Below are positions 26,161 to 40,242 of a DNA stretch of 64,000 nt, piece by piece (positions within the stretch are counted from its first letter, which is position 1; each line of letters begins with the position of its first letter). The DNA comes from Laetmonice hystrix (lineage: Eukaryota): positions 10,912,001 through 10,976,000 of the forward strand of contig OZ249436.1 in the NCBI GenBank assembly GCA_965235115.1, written 5' to 3'. The notes under the pieces are model-generated. The model did not search any database, was not told the DNA's origin, and saw only the letters and a program-made list of their open reading frames with translations. The translations under genes and the position numbers were made by a program.

Positions 26161-27374
26161 TCCATATTAAAATCCAATATGGCAGGGAATTGACTGTCTC
26201 ATCTACTCGACAGTTTATCATATAACTGGATTACATACACAGGAGAAGTACGACTCTGAATACAAACGATATGGTACTCCGTGTTAAAATTTCAAGTTCT
26301 GAAAATGTGTATTAAATCAAATACTATAGCCTCAGAAGAGAGTGTCACGATCGATGCCAGGTCTTGACTGTCACAATATGTATATAACGATATACCTCAT
26401 TTGTCATTAGTCACTAACAATCTATGGTTTCCCCCATTCTTGATTTTACCCTTTCTAGCCCAAGAAATTAATCAGCGGGTAGTTTCCTTCGGTTCAAACA
26501 GCTACGAGCAAAGAACGGTAATTATAATGGCTACCTAGGGTTTTGGCCGCAGATGTCATGTCATGAACGGCCTGGGAAAGGAATAGGACTTCCTGGCGAG
26601 CATCCGGTGCCAGCTAAATAATTGGAGGCGCTTTGTGTCCGCTGCAGAGTGAAATGAACATCACGGCCTGGATAATATTACTGACGTGTAAGATTTGAAA
26701 GCCGCACCACACCAAAGCTAAGTCTCCCCTAAAAATAAAGCTATCTGCACGAATGAAAGAAAGATTTTCCATATTAAAATCCAATATGGCAGGGAATTGA
26801 CTGTCTCATCTACTCGACAGTTTATCATATAACTGGATTACATACACAGGAGAAGTACGACTCTGAATACAAACGATATGGTACTCCGTGTTAAAATTTC
26901 AAGTTCTGAAAATGTGTATTAAATCAAATACTATAGCCTCAGAAGAGAGTGTCACGATCGATGCCAGGTCTTGACTGTCACAATATGTATATAACGATAT
27001 ACCTCATTTGTCATTAGTCACTAACAATCTATGGTTTCCCCCATTCTTGATTTTACCCTTTCTAGCCCAAGAAATTAATCAGCGGGTAGTTTCCTTCGGT
27101 TCAAACAGCTACGAGCAAAGAACGGTAATTATAATGGCTACCTAGGGTTTTGGCCGCAGATGTCATGTCATGAACGGCCTGGGAAAGGAATAGGACTTCC
27201 TGGCGAGCATCCGGTGCCAGCTAAATAATTGGAGGCGCTTTGTGTCCGCTGCAGAGTGAAATGAACATCACGGCCTGGATAATATTACTGACGTGTAAGA
27301 TTTGAAAGCCGCACCACACCAAAGCTAAGTCTCCCCTAAAAATAAAGCTATCTGCACGAATGAAAGAAAGATTT
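26161..27374. repeat. 607-bp direct tandem duplication
   Basis: 26161-26767 is repeated at 26768-27374; no differences seen in the stretches compared by eye. Confidence 0.9.
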
Positions 27375-28560
27375 ACTTGTTGAGTTTTCATTTCGTCAAC
27401 TGGCTCAGTCGAGGATCCACGTATACCATGGCACAATCCAAAATTGATGGCAAAATCCAAAACCGTTGAAGGATATATTTTGAATGAACTTGGAAATGCC
27501 TGAATTCTTCAACTCTTTAAGGCGACCTTTATGCATTGCCGTACCTTGACAGTCATCATAGTAAAAAGTGTCCCTTTTATGAGCACGTCCCGTTTTCAAG
27601 GCAGTGAATTTATCCCTGTGATCAAAGTGCCCTTCTAAACCTCTGAACCTCTGTCTGCCCCCCCCCCCCCCCAGCAATTTTAGGCTGCGTTCGGCCTTGT
27701 TTGAGAACCATTTTAACCCACCAACCCCTGCCATGCCACCTAGAACTTCCACTTTGCGAAACCCGAAAACGTCTATCCTTTCTTTATAGCAACAAAAGCA
27801 AGTTTTTAAATTTGAAATGGTCCATAAAGAAAATTTCTCCCATAATCACACAATTTTACTCTCCTGTGTTATTAGAGATTCTGCGGCTGAATGTCTTTAA
27901 ACTATCCTGATTATCCTGAAACTTGATACGTGTATAACATAAAAGTATATAAATGTTTCTACAACCTTTCTGTTGTTTTTACGGATATTTCCCATGGAAT
28001 TGAAAAAGACGATCGTCTTTTACCCGGTTTAGGTGGTTTGGGTCATTAATCACACAATGAATATCTTATCTGTGATATGTGGGCCAACAACCAGATGGTC
28101 AAGTAAGAAGTAGAAGTATCACTACGTTCAGCAAATTCTACCTTGAGACCATTGTCTGGGTGTGCTTATCTGGCGATAGATGGTGACATTTGGAGCGGAT
28201 CCAGGATCATGTAATTTTAACAAAATACTGTTGACTGACTAATAATCTGATGTACACATTTAACAAAATGTTAAAAATAAATATAACTTTGAAGTTTAAG
28301 TCCTTTGAAACAGCGTGCGGTTTAACGGTGCTCTGTTTTGACAACAATAAGCTAGAGAAGCGTCACTGTTTTATCGGACAAGTTGTTTGACGTGCTCTTG
28401 CGTTCGATAGTGTGGCCCCTTGCATCAATGCAACACGTAAAAGAAGGCAGGAAATGGATTGGTCTGCATCAGTTCAGGTTTCATTAGCTGATATAACCCT
28501 TATTAATTCCTACGAAAATCTAATTATCTACGTTTTAACCTGGAAAGTTTATTTCCCGTG

Positions 28561-28562
<2 letters not shown>

Positions 28563-28637
<75 letters not shown>

Positions 28638-28665
28638 GACCGACAGACAGACAGACAGACGGACG
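28563..28665. repeat. (GA)n followed by (GACA)n microsatellite
   Basis: Direct reading. Confidence 0.95.
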
Positions 28666-29429
28666 AACAAACAGATAAGCAAATAAGTAAATAAATAGCC
28701 TACGATTAAATGGATGTTGTTTAGCCGCGGCATTTTCTCAGAAGCACCAACGAGGTGGTCTGTCAATTTGAAAAATGAAAGCCATGCCCGAACTTGGCGG
28801 TCAGCTGCCTGTGCCGTACTGTTGCATAGTAAACCCCTATCTCTGAAGGTGATGGAAGTAATCAGGAGTAAAGGAGTAGAGGAACAGGTAAACACCAGTC
28901 TTGTAACGTACGTGGCTTCCCATTAAAGTATAATAGATGTAGAGTCTAACCAAAACGAGAGTATGCCCCACCCCCGATATTAGGCCTATTCTACCCGAGT
29001 AGGGCCTACCTAATAATGGCGGTCTCAGGACCAGGTGGCTGGTATCCATGACAACATACATAAAGACAACTGGAAACCTTGCATGGTAGGTCAAATAGAG
29101 GTCACAATAATGAATTATGGTCAATTATTATTAGGCCATAAATTCCTATAAATTATTAGGAACCACATTTCCTCGAGTTATAGGCCTATTAGATCTACCT
29201 ATTAGATCTACCTACTTTTGGTTATTTATTTTATTTTATTAGCGCAAGTAATTGAATAGTTAACCAATAAATTGTATGTTATATTTAAAGGGAGTATATC
29301 TTTCGCCGAATCGACCAGAATCTTCATAATTACGCTCACCTACTCTGTTATCACACCCTGTAAGTACAAAATTCCCCCTGGTGGTGGAAAAATTACAAAA
29401 ACTACCTGGAGTGCACGCTAAGACAAGGA

Positions 29430-29800
29430 ATACCGCCATTTGCAATTGTTTGAACCGCGTTGTGTTGTTGTGGTGTAGAGTACACCTTCGGTAACATTCC
29501 GCAACGAATGTAGTTCCAGAGTTCGTGACAAAAATATCCGTGATCTTCCCGAGAATAATGCTGACAATATTCTATATCTATTTTCGCTAGTACAAATCGA
29601 ACATCTCGAATACTGACAGAACAGCTCTAGGGTAATTTGCACAGACCATAATTTGCATAGCCGTGTGCGTAGGAATAGACTCTATGAAAAAGAACTCCCG
29701 GGGTCTCGGAAGCCAAGTAAGTCATTTTTCGTGACTGGAATAAGATTTGATGGCTTTTAGAATATATTTTACATCAGGTCCACATAGAAAGACAGGGAAG
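29430..29800. repeat. dispersed repeat, partner of 395-720
   Basis: Reverse complement aligns to 395-720 with scattered substitutions. Confidence 0.75.
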
Positions 29801-30868
29801 CTTATCTTTAAGGAACATAGCGGATTCCCAGATTTTTTGGCAGACTCCTAAATTTTCTACGTTGGGAGTCCTGCTGACTCCTAAAATATCAGACTCCAAA
29901 TCTACCCTAGACTGGTCCCCTGCCTAACAGACGCATCCGCTATGGAGACAGGTGATGGGTCCGACAAGCGGAAGGAAGTTGTTAAACTCGCAGCAGAGGA
30001 CTTTCGCTTCCGTTGCTTTGGTCAGCGTACACCCTGGTCAGCGTCACAACGGAGTGAACGATCTCTGATTGCATGGAGCCTAGGCAAAATGGTCAGGCGT
30101 GATGCAGACCATAGTCTGGCGTAGGCACCGATGACACTACGTCTACACCCAGAAAAGCGAGAACATTTAGCCTAACTCTTATATTGTAAAAGGATTGGCG
30201 AAAATATTTGTATCTGTTGGAGAAATACAGAAGATACGGAACTACCATCGACGTTTGCGTCCATGTTTTTGATTGGCCAATAACAGCGCCCCCTTCGATT
30301 AGACTTCGCCAGTCACTATAACATAAAAGAGCTGATATCTTAGGACAATATCAAGTTTAAAATATAAATAACTAATTTTGAGTATGTTTTTATTTTAAAT
30401 TTATTAAATTGATGGTATGCAAGTTGTGTAATTCATGTGTAGAATGTAGTGGCTTCATACTACGTACCGTTTCTCCCCCACTCATAGGTCTATATCTGTT
30501 CATAGTGTAACCTCCAGGTTTTCCCCAAAATCTCCAGGTTTTCCTCCAAAAATCCCCCGGTTTTCCTCCCAATTTTCATGTTTTTGGACATCAACTTTTA
30601 AAATTCTCCCGGTTTCTTCTCTCTGTAGGTTGGCAGGTCTGCAAGTGTCAGTGATAATTGTCTTGCCATATTGTCCGCCTGTTGGTCAATACTGGCAGAG
30701 TGGCAATCGGAACTTCCAATGTCATTCCTGGTTCAGAAATAACCTCGGATCAGGTCCTATCATGACACAAACGTCGAAGTGAGGAAGCTCGACCTCATCA
30801 CCGCTCATGTTCTACCGCCCTGCTGCGTAGGTCAATGAGGGCGAGACGGGACATCCGGGCATTCCCAG

Positions 30869-32916
30869 GGGGGCGTTGCTCCACAAATTCGTTAAGTGAA
30901 TTCGTATCGTTAAGTACATAATTCGTTTCGTTAAACGCCAAGTGTTGCTCCACAACTCTGCGATTCGTTAACTTAACGAGGGCGAAACGAAAATGGTTAT
31001 TTTTAACGAAGAGGTTCAGACCACTGTATATCGTCCTCGTTATCGCCCTCGTATCGTTAAGCACCAGGAAACAACAAGTTCCACAGATGACCTGTAGGTG
31101 TCGGCTAAGTTCAAGGTCACCATCACTCGTCGTCTGCATTAACTCGGAGGGTAACATCATCACTATGCAGGGGCGCCGCTGCCTATTTCAAAGTGGGGGG
31201 GGGGGACAATCTTGGTGTGTTTGACCTTTTCCCCCGAGATTTATGTACCACAAGAATTGCAAAATAACAGTGTATTCACCCCCCCCCCCCAAGGGGCGGA
31301 CCCAGGATTTTCTTTGGGGGGGGGGGGGTGTCAGAAGGTGCCCGCGCCGAGGGGGGGGGGGCTCCGACTGAAAATGTTTGGGAATATCATACAGTTCTAT
31401 GGGAATATAAAAGGCCATCGGTGCTATTTCCCGGCTTCTCAGCATCAAACTAAAGAGCTTTCGGTGCCGACCTTTTGCTCAAGATTAATGTATTAATCAG
31501 TGAGGGATTAATCAGGGGGCTTGCCCCTCCTTAGATCTTCCTTTTTTGTATGAAGATGTATTATACTATTAGTACCTACAGTTACAATGAAATCATGCCG
31601 AGCGTAGCGAGGCTAAAAAGATTTTTTAGGTGGGCCCCACCTGGCCGATGACATCACAAAAAACAGTATCAAGCAATATTTATCAGAAGCCAATGACTGT
31701 ACGAGCGCCGGCACGTTTTTGTGACTGTACGAGCGCCGAAGGCACAAAGCCTTGCTAGGGGGTCCGGGGGCATGCCCCCCGGAAATTTTTCAAATTCAAG
31801 GTGTAATTTGGTGAAATCTGATGCATTTTGGAGCACAAAGCTATTTAAAGACCAATGATGTCAAAAGTCTTATGTAGCCCTACAATGCCGTGAGGCGCCA
31901 TGAACGGCAGGAGGGGCGCCATGAAATATATATATTTTAGGGGGGTCCAGACCCTATGTGACCCCCTACCCTGGATCCGCCAGTGTGGTAGGACTAAGGT
32001 ACACAGGGAAGCTGCAGGGGATCTAGGCCGCGGTTAGGCCCATATTAATTATAGAACAGCAAAGCATAGACCTATCTCTTAAACACATGACATAGGCTTA
32101 GGCCTGCGAAGGCCAAGATTAAAAATGATGAAAATCTATCTTTAATTTGCCTCCCATGGGCAATTCACCTTAAAAAGCTAGGCATAGGGAGTATAAGAAG
32201 ACCTGTACTGTAGATCTATCTATTAGGCCTAGCTTCAACTTCAAGGAGCCTTTGACCTTTTTAGGTCGCCAGCAAAAGTGGGGGGGGGGGGACATGTCCC
32301 CCCCGTCCCCCCCCCCCCCCGGCAGCGGCGCCCCTGATATTTGGGGATACTCAAGCTATCCATAAGTCTTCAGTTTGCCGATCCGTGAGAGATGTTTCAG
32401 ATTACCTCTATGAGAAGGCACCACAGTACATCAAATTCCCTTATCGCGAAGAATACCCCCTGTACGCCCAGGATTTCTCGGCGATGTATGGCATGCCCTG
32501 TGTAGTGGGGTGCATAGACGGCAATTCAGGCGCCGGCAACTGAACCAGAACGTCCATACGTCAATAGGAAGAACTATCATTCGATAAATGTCTTGGTAAG
32601 GTAAGGTAAGGTGCTTGAACACTTCATTCATTCGTTGCTCCACAAGTTCGTTAAGTTCGTTAAGTGAATTCGTATCGTTAAGTACATAATTCGCTTTACT
32701 TCCGGGTCAGGTCATCGGTGTCAGGGTAAAATGTTCGCCACCTGACACCGTCGTGTCGTTCTCGTTTCGTTAAGGCATGTCTTAACGAAACGAGAACGAA
32801 TTGTGTGGAGCAACACCTCGGGTGTTAATTCTTACTCGTTATCGTTGTCGCTTCGTTAGGTGACTCAACGCAGACGAGGGCGACACGAAATCAGTGTTTT
32901 GTGGAGCAACGCACCC
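30869..32916 (+). mobile_element. degenerate PIF/Harbinger DNA transposon
   Basis: TIRs GGG(G/T)GCGTTGCTCCACAAA at both ends with CAG target duplication. Transposase relic at 32337-32592: GDTQAIHKSSVCRSVRDVSDYLYEKAPQYIKFP..GMPCVVGCIDG, then a frameshift, then IQAPATEPERPYVNRKNYHSINV (DDE_Tnp_4/HARBI1-type motifs). Confidence 0.88.
31168..32336. mobile_element. non-autonomous TIR element inserted into the Harbinger transposase
   Basis: Perfect 16-bp TIR CAGGGGCGCCGCTGCC / GGCAGCGGCGCCCCTG; flanks ATG / ATA (possible mutated 3-bp TSD). Contains a further GGGGCGGA(C/T)CCAGG...CTGGATCCGCC-bounded segment at about 31290-31985. Confidence 0.75.
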
Positions 32917-33481
32917 CAGGTGGCGCTGCAGTAGCAGCTTAGCAACTGGTGAATACAACCCCCTGCTTGTCGCGTAGTACTACGGGGCGAGCGGGACTCT
33001 AGTTTTTTTATGGCAATTATCAACAAATTTCCCAAATAAAGGTGTTAGAACAGCCACATAGTGATAAGGAATGATAAGAATGATAATGATAAGAAATTAT
33101 TAACTTTTTGTGGACCGCACTCCTAGAAAGTAGGGGTAATATTCGGCCTGTATTCATGACAGGAGAGGAACAGCAACCCTGAGCCCAAACCTATTCATCG
33201 TCTTTTAATAGGCCTAATTCTAGCCAACCTGGAGACTATTTCCTTCCCATAAACGGGTAGTATCTTATATTAACCTAACATAATGCAGTATAGGGGCTAC
33301 AGTCTAGATTTTGCCTGGGCCTATCTAATCATTTGAATAGCCAGATATGAGATTGGCCTATAAGCAAGTCAAAACTATATGCACAGCTTTCTCTGCTGCC
33401 TGGGTCTGATAAATATAGCGTCATGTTTCAAGGTTTTGTGTTTTATTAACCCCTCAATTTGTAGGCCTATGTACGCCTAAA

Positions 33482-33775
33482 CAGGGTTTCCGCCAGAAAA
33501 AGAATTAGGGTACGGACCAGAAGAGGGGTTAGGGTTAGGGTTAGGGTTAGCCTAACCCTAAACCTAACTGCTGTTACAAATATGTGAATTAATCAAATAA
33601 AGACTGCATATACTGTACATTATATTTGACTCCTTCAAGTTGCTCAAAGCATCATCAGGTTTTTATCACTCCATGGAAAAATGGTTACCCAACGATTTTG
33701 AGGGTACGGATTCGTACCCCGGAAAAATTTTAGGGTACGGAATTTTATTCATTTTACCCTCTGTCGGAAACCCTG
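33482..33775. mobile_element. MITE with 5-bp TSD (hAT5-like)
   Basis: CTAAA|CAGGGTTTCCGCCAGA...TCTGTCGGAAACCCTG|CTAAA; carries a few TTAGGG units. Confidence 0.7.
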
Positions 33776-35706
33776 CTAAATACGTCGGTTATTGCATTCT
33801 CGACAGCATTCTCGACAGTCCTGCATCAACCGTGAGACCTGCCGCGGCCATGCATAGATCTACCGCTGAGTTTCGTTATGTCTTATGCTTGAGTGTAACT
33901 CTTTATTGGCCTAGGCCTTCTTCTTAACCAAATAAGAAGTATGCAAGGCTATAGGAGGTCTAAACGCGTCTAGGAGACCATGAGTCTGGCATAGATCTAT
34001 CCCGTCGGCTATTATAATAGCCTCAGCATGGGTTTCACGTTGACACCCCACCCCCTATTTAATATCCAGACAATAGAGGATTTTTCATTTTAGATGTTAT
34101 ATGACATTGCCTATACTCTTAACGGCAGATATTCATAAACTACCCTTAATCTGCCATTGAAAACATAGACCTAGATCAAAAAGTAAACCATTTCATAAAA
34201 TGAACAAGGCCTGCAACATTCCAGAGATTCCTCACTGCAAACGTGGGTATAACCAACTTACAGACGTCAGTAACAAAATGTGACGAACACAGTGTTCCGC
34301 GGCTTTCAATTCTTTGCCATTTTAAAACCCTTCCTGTTACACAAACTGGGCCATTTAGCTCTCCACTCCGGTGCCATTGAGTTGCCTGGGAAAGTGATAA
34401 ACCACGTCCACCGCTCTTTTTACATATACAAGGACCGATTTTGCAGTAATTAACAGCAAAGTTCGTCACCATTATCGCTATGTATTTGAATGAACCGAGG
34501 GGGCAACGGCGTTTGTATTCACCAGACCGAGGCGTTGCCAGGGTGTCACGTGACCGGACATTCGCGCCCCGTCTCGCCCTTATATAAACAGATCGCGGAA
34601 TTATTAGTGCATTTTGGTGTAACCGGCGGTATTGGGGCGGGATTTTAACACAAATTTTAATATTAAAAAAGTTGAAATCCGCGAATCCCCGGAAGATGTT
34701 CATCGTTGCCCTCAGCGATTTGTCGATCATTGTCATATAGATCTAGCCTGCCTGAGCTGCAGGTTCGGGCTAATGCCTAAAGAGAGATCCTACATGTGGC
34801 GAAGTTTACAGACTATCATGGTTCAAACGTAACATTTATTATTAGTCTATACCAAGTTCCAACAATTTCAAGTAACAAAATGGTTAGTCACGGCGTTTGG
34901 CGCTGTTGAGAAACAAAACAGATGCTGGTGGTATGCCTCCGCCATTTTAACTCCATCGAATCATGTGACTGGAAGTAGTTCAAAATGGCAGCTCCCGTAA
35001 TACATTCGAGATGTTTTGCGTACATAAAGCCCGAGATGTTGCGATTGGTAGAGTGATAAATTAACCTTGTTGCTATCGTGAAGCTGTGCCCCGGTCTCAG
35101 CAACAGGAACTGCGATAGGTATAGGAGCCAACGCAGGCCCCTATAGCTGGAGGGGGGGGGGGCTGTGCCTCACCCAAAACCTGGCAAGGTCCAAAATGTC
35201 CAACTGTTCTAAAACTTTAGATTGGACTGAAAAATTATCTTGTACAAGATGTATATAATTTATGCAATTTATGCAGTTTTTCATGCAGTTTGTAAATCTG
35301 ATCTTATTATGGCTTTCCTTTAATCTTTTGTTGAAAAAGGTTCAAAATTTGAAAATGTACACCACCCAACATTAGAATCTATGGGCTGGCTACGGGCTAG
35401 ACAGAGTATCCGTCTCTGTACTACCGTACAGGATCTATACAGAGACGGACGCCACTTAGTGCAAGTTCCTGGTGTGTTCGGTCAAATCATCCAACCACCA
35501 TGAAAACCCCTCCCCTACCCATATATCTGGACTGAATATTGATAAACACGCTTAAAGTAACTTCTCTCACTTATTTCCAAGTTTGGAAAGCACGACGAGA
35601 CATAATAAGGGCAGCACAAAGTCTGGAATCGATGAATTTCGCTCTCTGCCTATCGCGGCCATTTTGACCTCCCGGGTCAGGGAGTAGCTGCATGGTACCC
35701 TGCCTA

Positions 35707-36149
35707 AAGCCCGCCGCACATTGTCACGATTTTGTCCGAGCCGAGCCGACTCAACTGGAGACGACTCACGACTGCCGTCTCATACCTTCCCGACCAACCC
35801 TCGCACACTGTCATGACTTGTGCCGTACAACAGGCGACAATTCACGCCACTAGGTCATGCGAACCTAGCGGGTATTTCGGGAATCAACGTCATGACGCGT
35901 CACATGATCCTGTGGTGTGCTGTGATTGGTTGCGACTGCCGACTGCAGTTGGCTCGAGTCATTAGCCCTCGCACACTGTCACGACTTCAGCCAACTGCAG
36001 CCGACGAGTACAGCTCCCGATTAACATTTTGAATCGGCCGCGATTTGGTCCAACTGCAGTCGGGAGGCCCCTCACGGTGGGTTTACGACTGGTTCACGAC
36101 GGGTAGTTGGGTGGAGTTGGCTAAAATCGTGACAATGTGCGGCGGGCTT
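35707..36149. mobile_element. MITE (Harbinger- or TA-targeting)
   Basis: 27-bp perfect TIR AAGCCCGCCGCACATTGTCACGATTTT; flanks TA/TA (or TAA/TTA); interior rich in CGACT/AGTCG. Confidence 0.78.
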
Positions 36150-37695
36150 TACAGACGCGTCCGCTATGTTACGACATAGATCTACGTAGAGCAGGGGACC
36201 TTGCTAGGTCAGAGAGATTCATGCTGGGACATAAAAAGGCCACGGAAGCCGCAGCTGTACGACACTTCAGAATTTGATGTTTTATCCTTAAAATACTTAC
36301 AACAAACAACTAAAAGAAGACGTTGCCCCTGATAAATGGATGCCGGTGAGTTGATCGGTACATGAATTTGCGCTGCCATACTGACACACCAAATTTCAAC
36401 ATTGAGTGGTCGTAAGCCTCACTGGCTAGCTACGGGCCTGCAAGCCTGCCTGGAAATAATCGATACACCGAAACAACACGGGGAGGTCAGGATTGCCATA
36501 ATGAACCAGTTGAATAGTGTATTGCATTCGACAGAAAAGACAGTGAATCTAGGTCTAGATGATTCTCAGATCTGGGATTCGTCGATATATTGCTAGCCCG
36601 CACCTATTTCCATACATTTTCGGTTATTTGGCGCTCCGTTTGATAAACATGAATTCTATTCCCTCCCTGGTGCAAGATTTCAAAATACGGGTTCAGATTT
36701 CCATGTCGATTGTGCCCCTGTGCTGCCGGAAGAAACCATGCAGTCTGAACATAGGGTCGGGGTCAAGAGGAGAATGGAACTTGGAGACTCTCCCAACACA
36801 CGGGTCTGACATGGGAAGGCTTCGTTTTACTGTATACATCTGCCGAGAATTTGATTTTTAGACCATTTAAGCAAGTTCATGTAGTAGTAATAATTCTCGG
36901 CCCATGTGACTGCTTCCGCCTACATGTATTCTGGGCACGCTTTATGTTCTTGCTTTTTAACAACTGGTGCAGGAGGTCGTAGTCAGTGTGGATCATAATA
37001 TATCGGCTTGTCATGCATTTAGAAACCACATACATACGGATGGTCTCCCCTGAACGTGTAGAACTACGCAAAATACGGGGGATACCCGTTGGCCGACAGG
37101 AAATTGTAAAGTCGACATTGCCCACTTTGATCTGAGAGAAATCGGGAAGCCATTCCCATGCAGCAGCAGATGGAAGAGTCTGAGTATAGGCCTATTTGGT
37201 GTGCACGCTGGCGACAAATTCGGCAGGGATTGTAGAGACGTTGAAGATATCATCTTAAGACACGACCTTATTTTTGGGTCAGCATCAACTGGTATGGATG
37301 GGCCTTAAAGGATATTATCCAAAGGGTAATATCCAAATATTACCGTTTCCCCTTTATCACGCAGAGATGGTTATACCCGTCTGTATATATGAAGAACCCG
37401 ATCCGTGGACCCATTATCTGGATCCATTTCAAGATATTATTACCGGGATGCGGAATTATAGTTATCAGATAGAATTTCCTGCATTAGAGGATTATGAATA
37501 TTCCGCTCAGTCTTTAACAATCTCATTTCCATGTTTAGAGTATGAACACTATCAGAATATAGTCACCCATAGTGAATAGGTAATATAAATCTAATTGAAA
37601 ACAAGAGTATAGCAAAAATATAAAACTTGTTCAAGTCCCTGTATGAGGATTTCGTAATGTGGTTCGTTTTGAGTCTGAAATACCGCCTAAAGGGC

Positions 37696-37696
<1 letters not shown>

Positions 37697-37732
<36 letters not shown>
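37697..37732. repeat. (CTGT)n microsatellite
   Basis: Direct reading. Confidence 0.9.
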
Positions 37733-37733
<1 letters not shown>

Positions 37734-38332
37734 GGTATGTCTGGCCGTCTGGACGTCTGTTTGTAGTTCTGCGTGTGTGCTTTACTATATTTTTGGCACT
37801 GTATTTCTCTTTTAAAGAATATAAACTCATGCCATGCTATCATTTGACATAAAAGTGCACGATACATGTCAAGCTACTTTTTACCTTCTCATCTTCTGAT
37901 TGTTAAAGCGCCATCGTTAGTATCTTCGAGAATAAAACACTTACCTGTCCCCTATAGTCACCTATTGACATACATTGTATATGTGAAGACACACTGTTAC
38001 TGCAATACTGCAGTATGATGATTTTTGTTAACTAAAACTCGGACCGAACCAAAAACATGATAATTAGCAGGAGTTCTCCGGAAGGGGCGCTGCAAATGAC
38101 GTCGAACAACATCCCATAATAGTCCTAGGTCTTCAGGTATCGCTCCACCATAGGCCTATTTGATCATCATCATACGCTTGCTTTGTAAATATGCATCCGA
38201 CGAAAGTCGATGTATGCAGCAGAATCAGCTAAAAAGCTGAAAAGGAGTTGGACAGAAGACGTGACAGTGCTCCTGTCATTGAAATAGATCGGTGGATGGC
38301 CTTGAAACCCCACGCTCCGAGCGTCACCTTAA

Positions 38333-38461
38333 GGGCCTTGTCCACTGAGCTTGCGGCCGTGCGATTTTCCTTGCGATGCGGCAGTCACAGAGCCTTTTAG
38401 GCTGGGCGACTGCCGCATCGCAAGGAAAATCGCCCGGCCGCAAGCTCAGTGGGCAAGGCCC
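38333..38461. mobile_element. hairpin MITE, about 130 bp
   Basis: About 52-bp arms GGGCCTTGTCCACTGAGCTTGCGGCC...GGCAGTC / GACTGCC...CTCAGTGGGCAAGGCCC with 2 mismatches. No exact TSD. Confidence 0.7.
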
Positions 38462-39544
38462 AATAGACTGTGAGAGGCGCGCAGCACAGAAACTCAGCGT
38501 CACTGAGCGTGGGAATTCCTGTTAGTACACGGTTATCGAAAATGGCCAAGCGGTTCGAAGGCAGAGCGTTAGATTGCAACGGAGCCAGCTGAGCATTTTC
38601 ACATTACATTTGGTTGGTCTCACTTCAATTTATTTGAGTTTTACATGTGACACTAAGCTGATTTATATGGCAGGGTGTCGATATTACAGGTTTTAAAAAC
38701 AGTGGACCTTTAATAATAACGCATTCATCGAATTCGATGCCGTTCAGCTAATGAGCAAGACGCCGCTGATTGGCTTCACCAAAGTTAGATGTAAACGTCA
38801 GTTTCAATTCGGCTAGCACTGCTTAATATCTAACAAAATGAAAAGAACCATTGGTTTCTTGTGAAAATTTCTGTAGAAATAATTAGGTTATGCTCAGATA
38901 GATAGTGTCATCATATTTACTTTTCTAATCCAACTTGACACGTTTGACCACGCTTTGTGATTCGGTGCCATATATATTTATGGTTCGGAACTGAATGGCG
39001 ACTACGTCGACGTCGACCCTTTGTTTGCAGCAGTGTAGTAAAGTAAATATTGCATTCTTCGGTCACGATCTCGTGCTTCATATTTTAAGAAGCTCTGGGC
39101 TCCGCCTCGAGCCTATTATCAGGGCATAACCCGCCTTTCTTGCTATATGCAGTATCTACTATTTAACGTCAAAATCGACCTGACAACATCAACGACCATT
39201 TAATATCGGTAATGTCATAACTAAGATACTTATGTATATAGGCCTATGATGTCCATGCTCTTCTGTGATGGGTATATAGTTTACACAGTAGTAAACCAAT
39301 ACAGTGCACAGACTTTAGATTTTTGGATTCGGTTGTTACGCCTTTGCAACAACCAGGGCCATATCAGTGCACAGACTGATTAATTAATTGTCATGGATAA
39401 CCTATAGCTCATTGATGAAAGCAACTCGAGCTTGGCCCTATGTATTCTGTTCTTACATTATACCGTCTCGGGCATTGTAGGGGATACATTCCGTACTGAG
39501 CAACCATAGAGAAGTTTGTATTACATAAGACCATGTACATTTAA

Positions 39545-40071
39545 AGGGGCATGCTATGAAACACGTTTTTTTGGATTTCCGGCAATTATCCAACATGACC
39601 GTGTACTAGGGATCCAAGTAAATAATCCTACCACAGCATTTTGTCCTCGACGTGTTTTCGCTGCGTATGCAGCACAAGTAGGTTCTATACGACCAAACCT
39701 ATAGATTTCTCCCGATAGCACATCTCCCGCCATAATTTGGTAGACAACCTCCCATCAACCCGTGTAATTGCATACTGTGTCACATCCTGTGTGTGCACGC
39801 TCTGCATGTGCTTAGTCACGTGCTTTGCTTAGTTGTAAACAATTCAGCAGTGGCACTCGATCGCCCGGCATCAGAATGCCACCCAAAAAATATTTTACGA
39901 AATCGGCAGAGAAGCGGGCAAGGGAGCTTAATAAGCTTCGATTTCTCACGCAAAATGAAACTGATAAGTCTGTCTTTGTTTAATAAGCAATTTTAATGAA
40001 GGATCTCTTTATGAAAACAGCAAAAGTTCTATGAAATACCGGTTTTTAACGTTTCCTCATAATATGCCCCT
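39545..40071. mobile_element. Kolobok-like MITE, copy 1
   Basis: TTAA|AGGGGCAT...ATGCCCCT|TTAA; high similarity to the inverted copy at 60956-61486 (compare ORF-track entries 39793 and 61032). Confidence 0.8.
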
Positions 40072-40242
40072 TTAAAGGATCTAGCGCGACTCCTTCGGAG
40101 ATCTATAATGTCACGCAGTTAAATGTTCGAATGTGTTACCGTTCGGTTGATTTACTTTAACTTATTTATTTGTTTATTTATATACCAATTTTGCATAGCA
40201 TAATTGACCACCCTTAATCTCCCGCGTTGTAAATGCACCCAC

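Noticed and set aside
33524-33566. (TTAGGG)n run followed by CTAACCCTAA, suggesting an interstitial telomere or fusion site
   Set aside because: Only about 4 units, located inside a TSD-flanked MITE; similar short runs occur near 10066 and 20960.
36400-37580. Coding-like sequence in receptor intron 1
   Set aside because: Interrupted frames with no recognisable domain; left unassigned.
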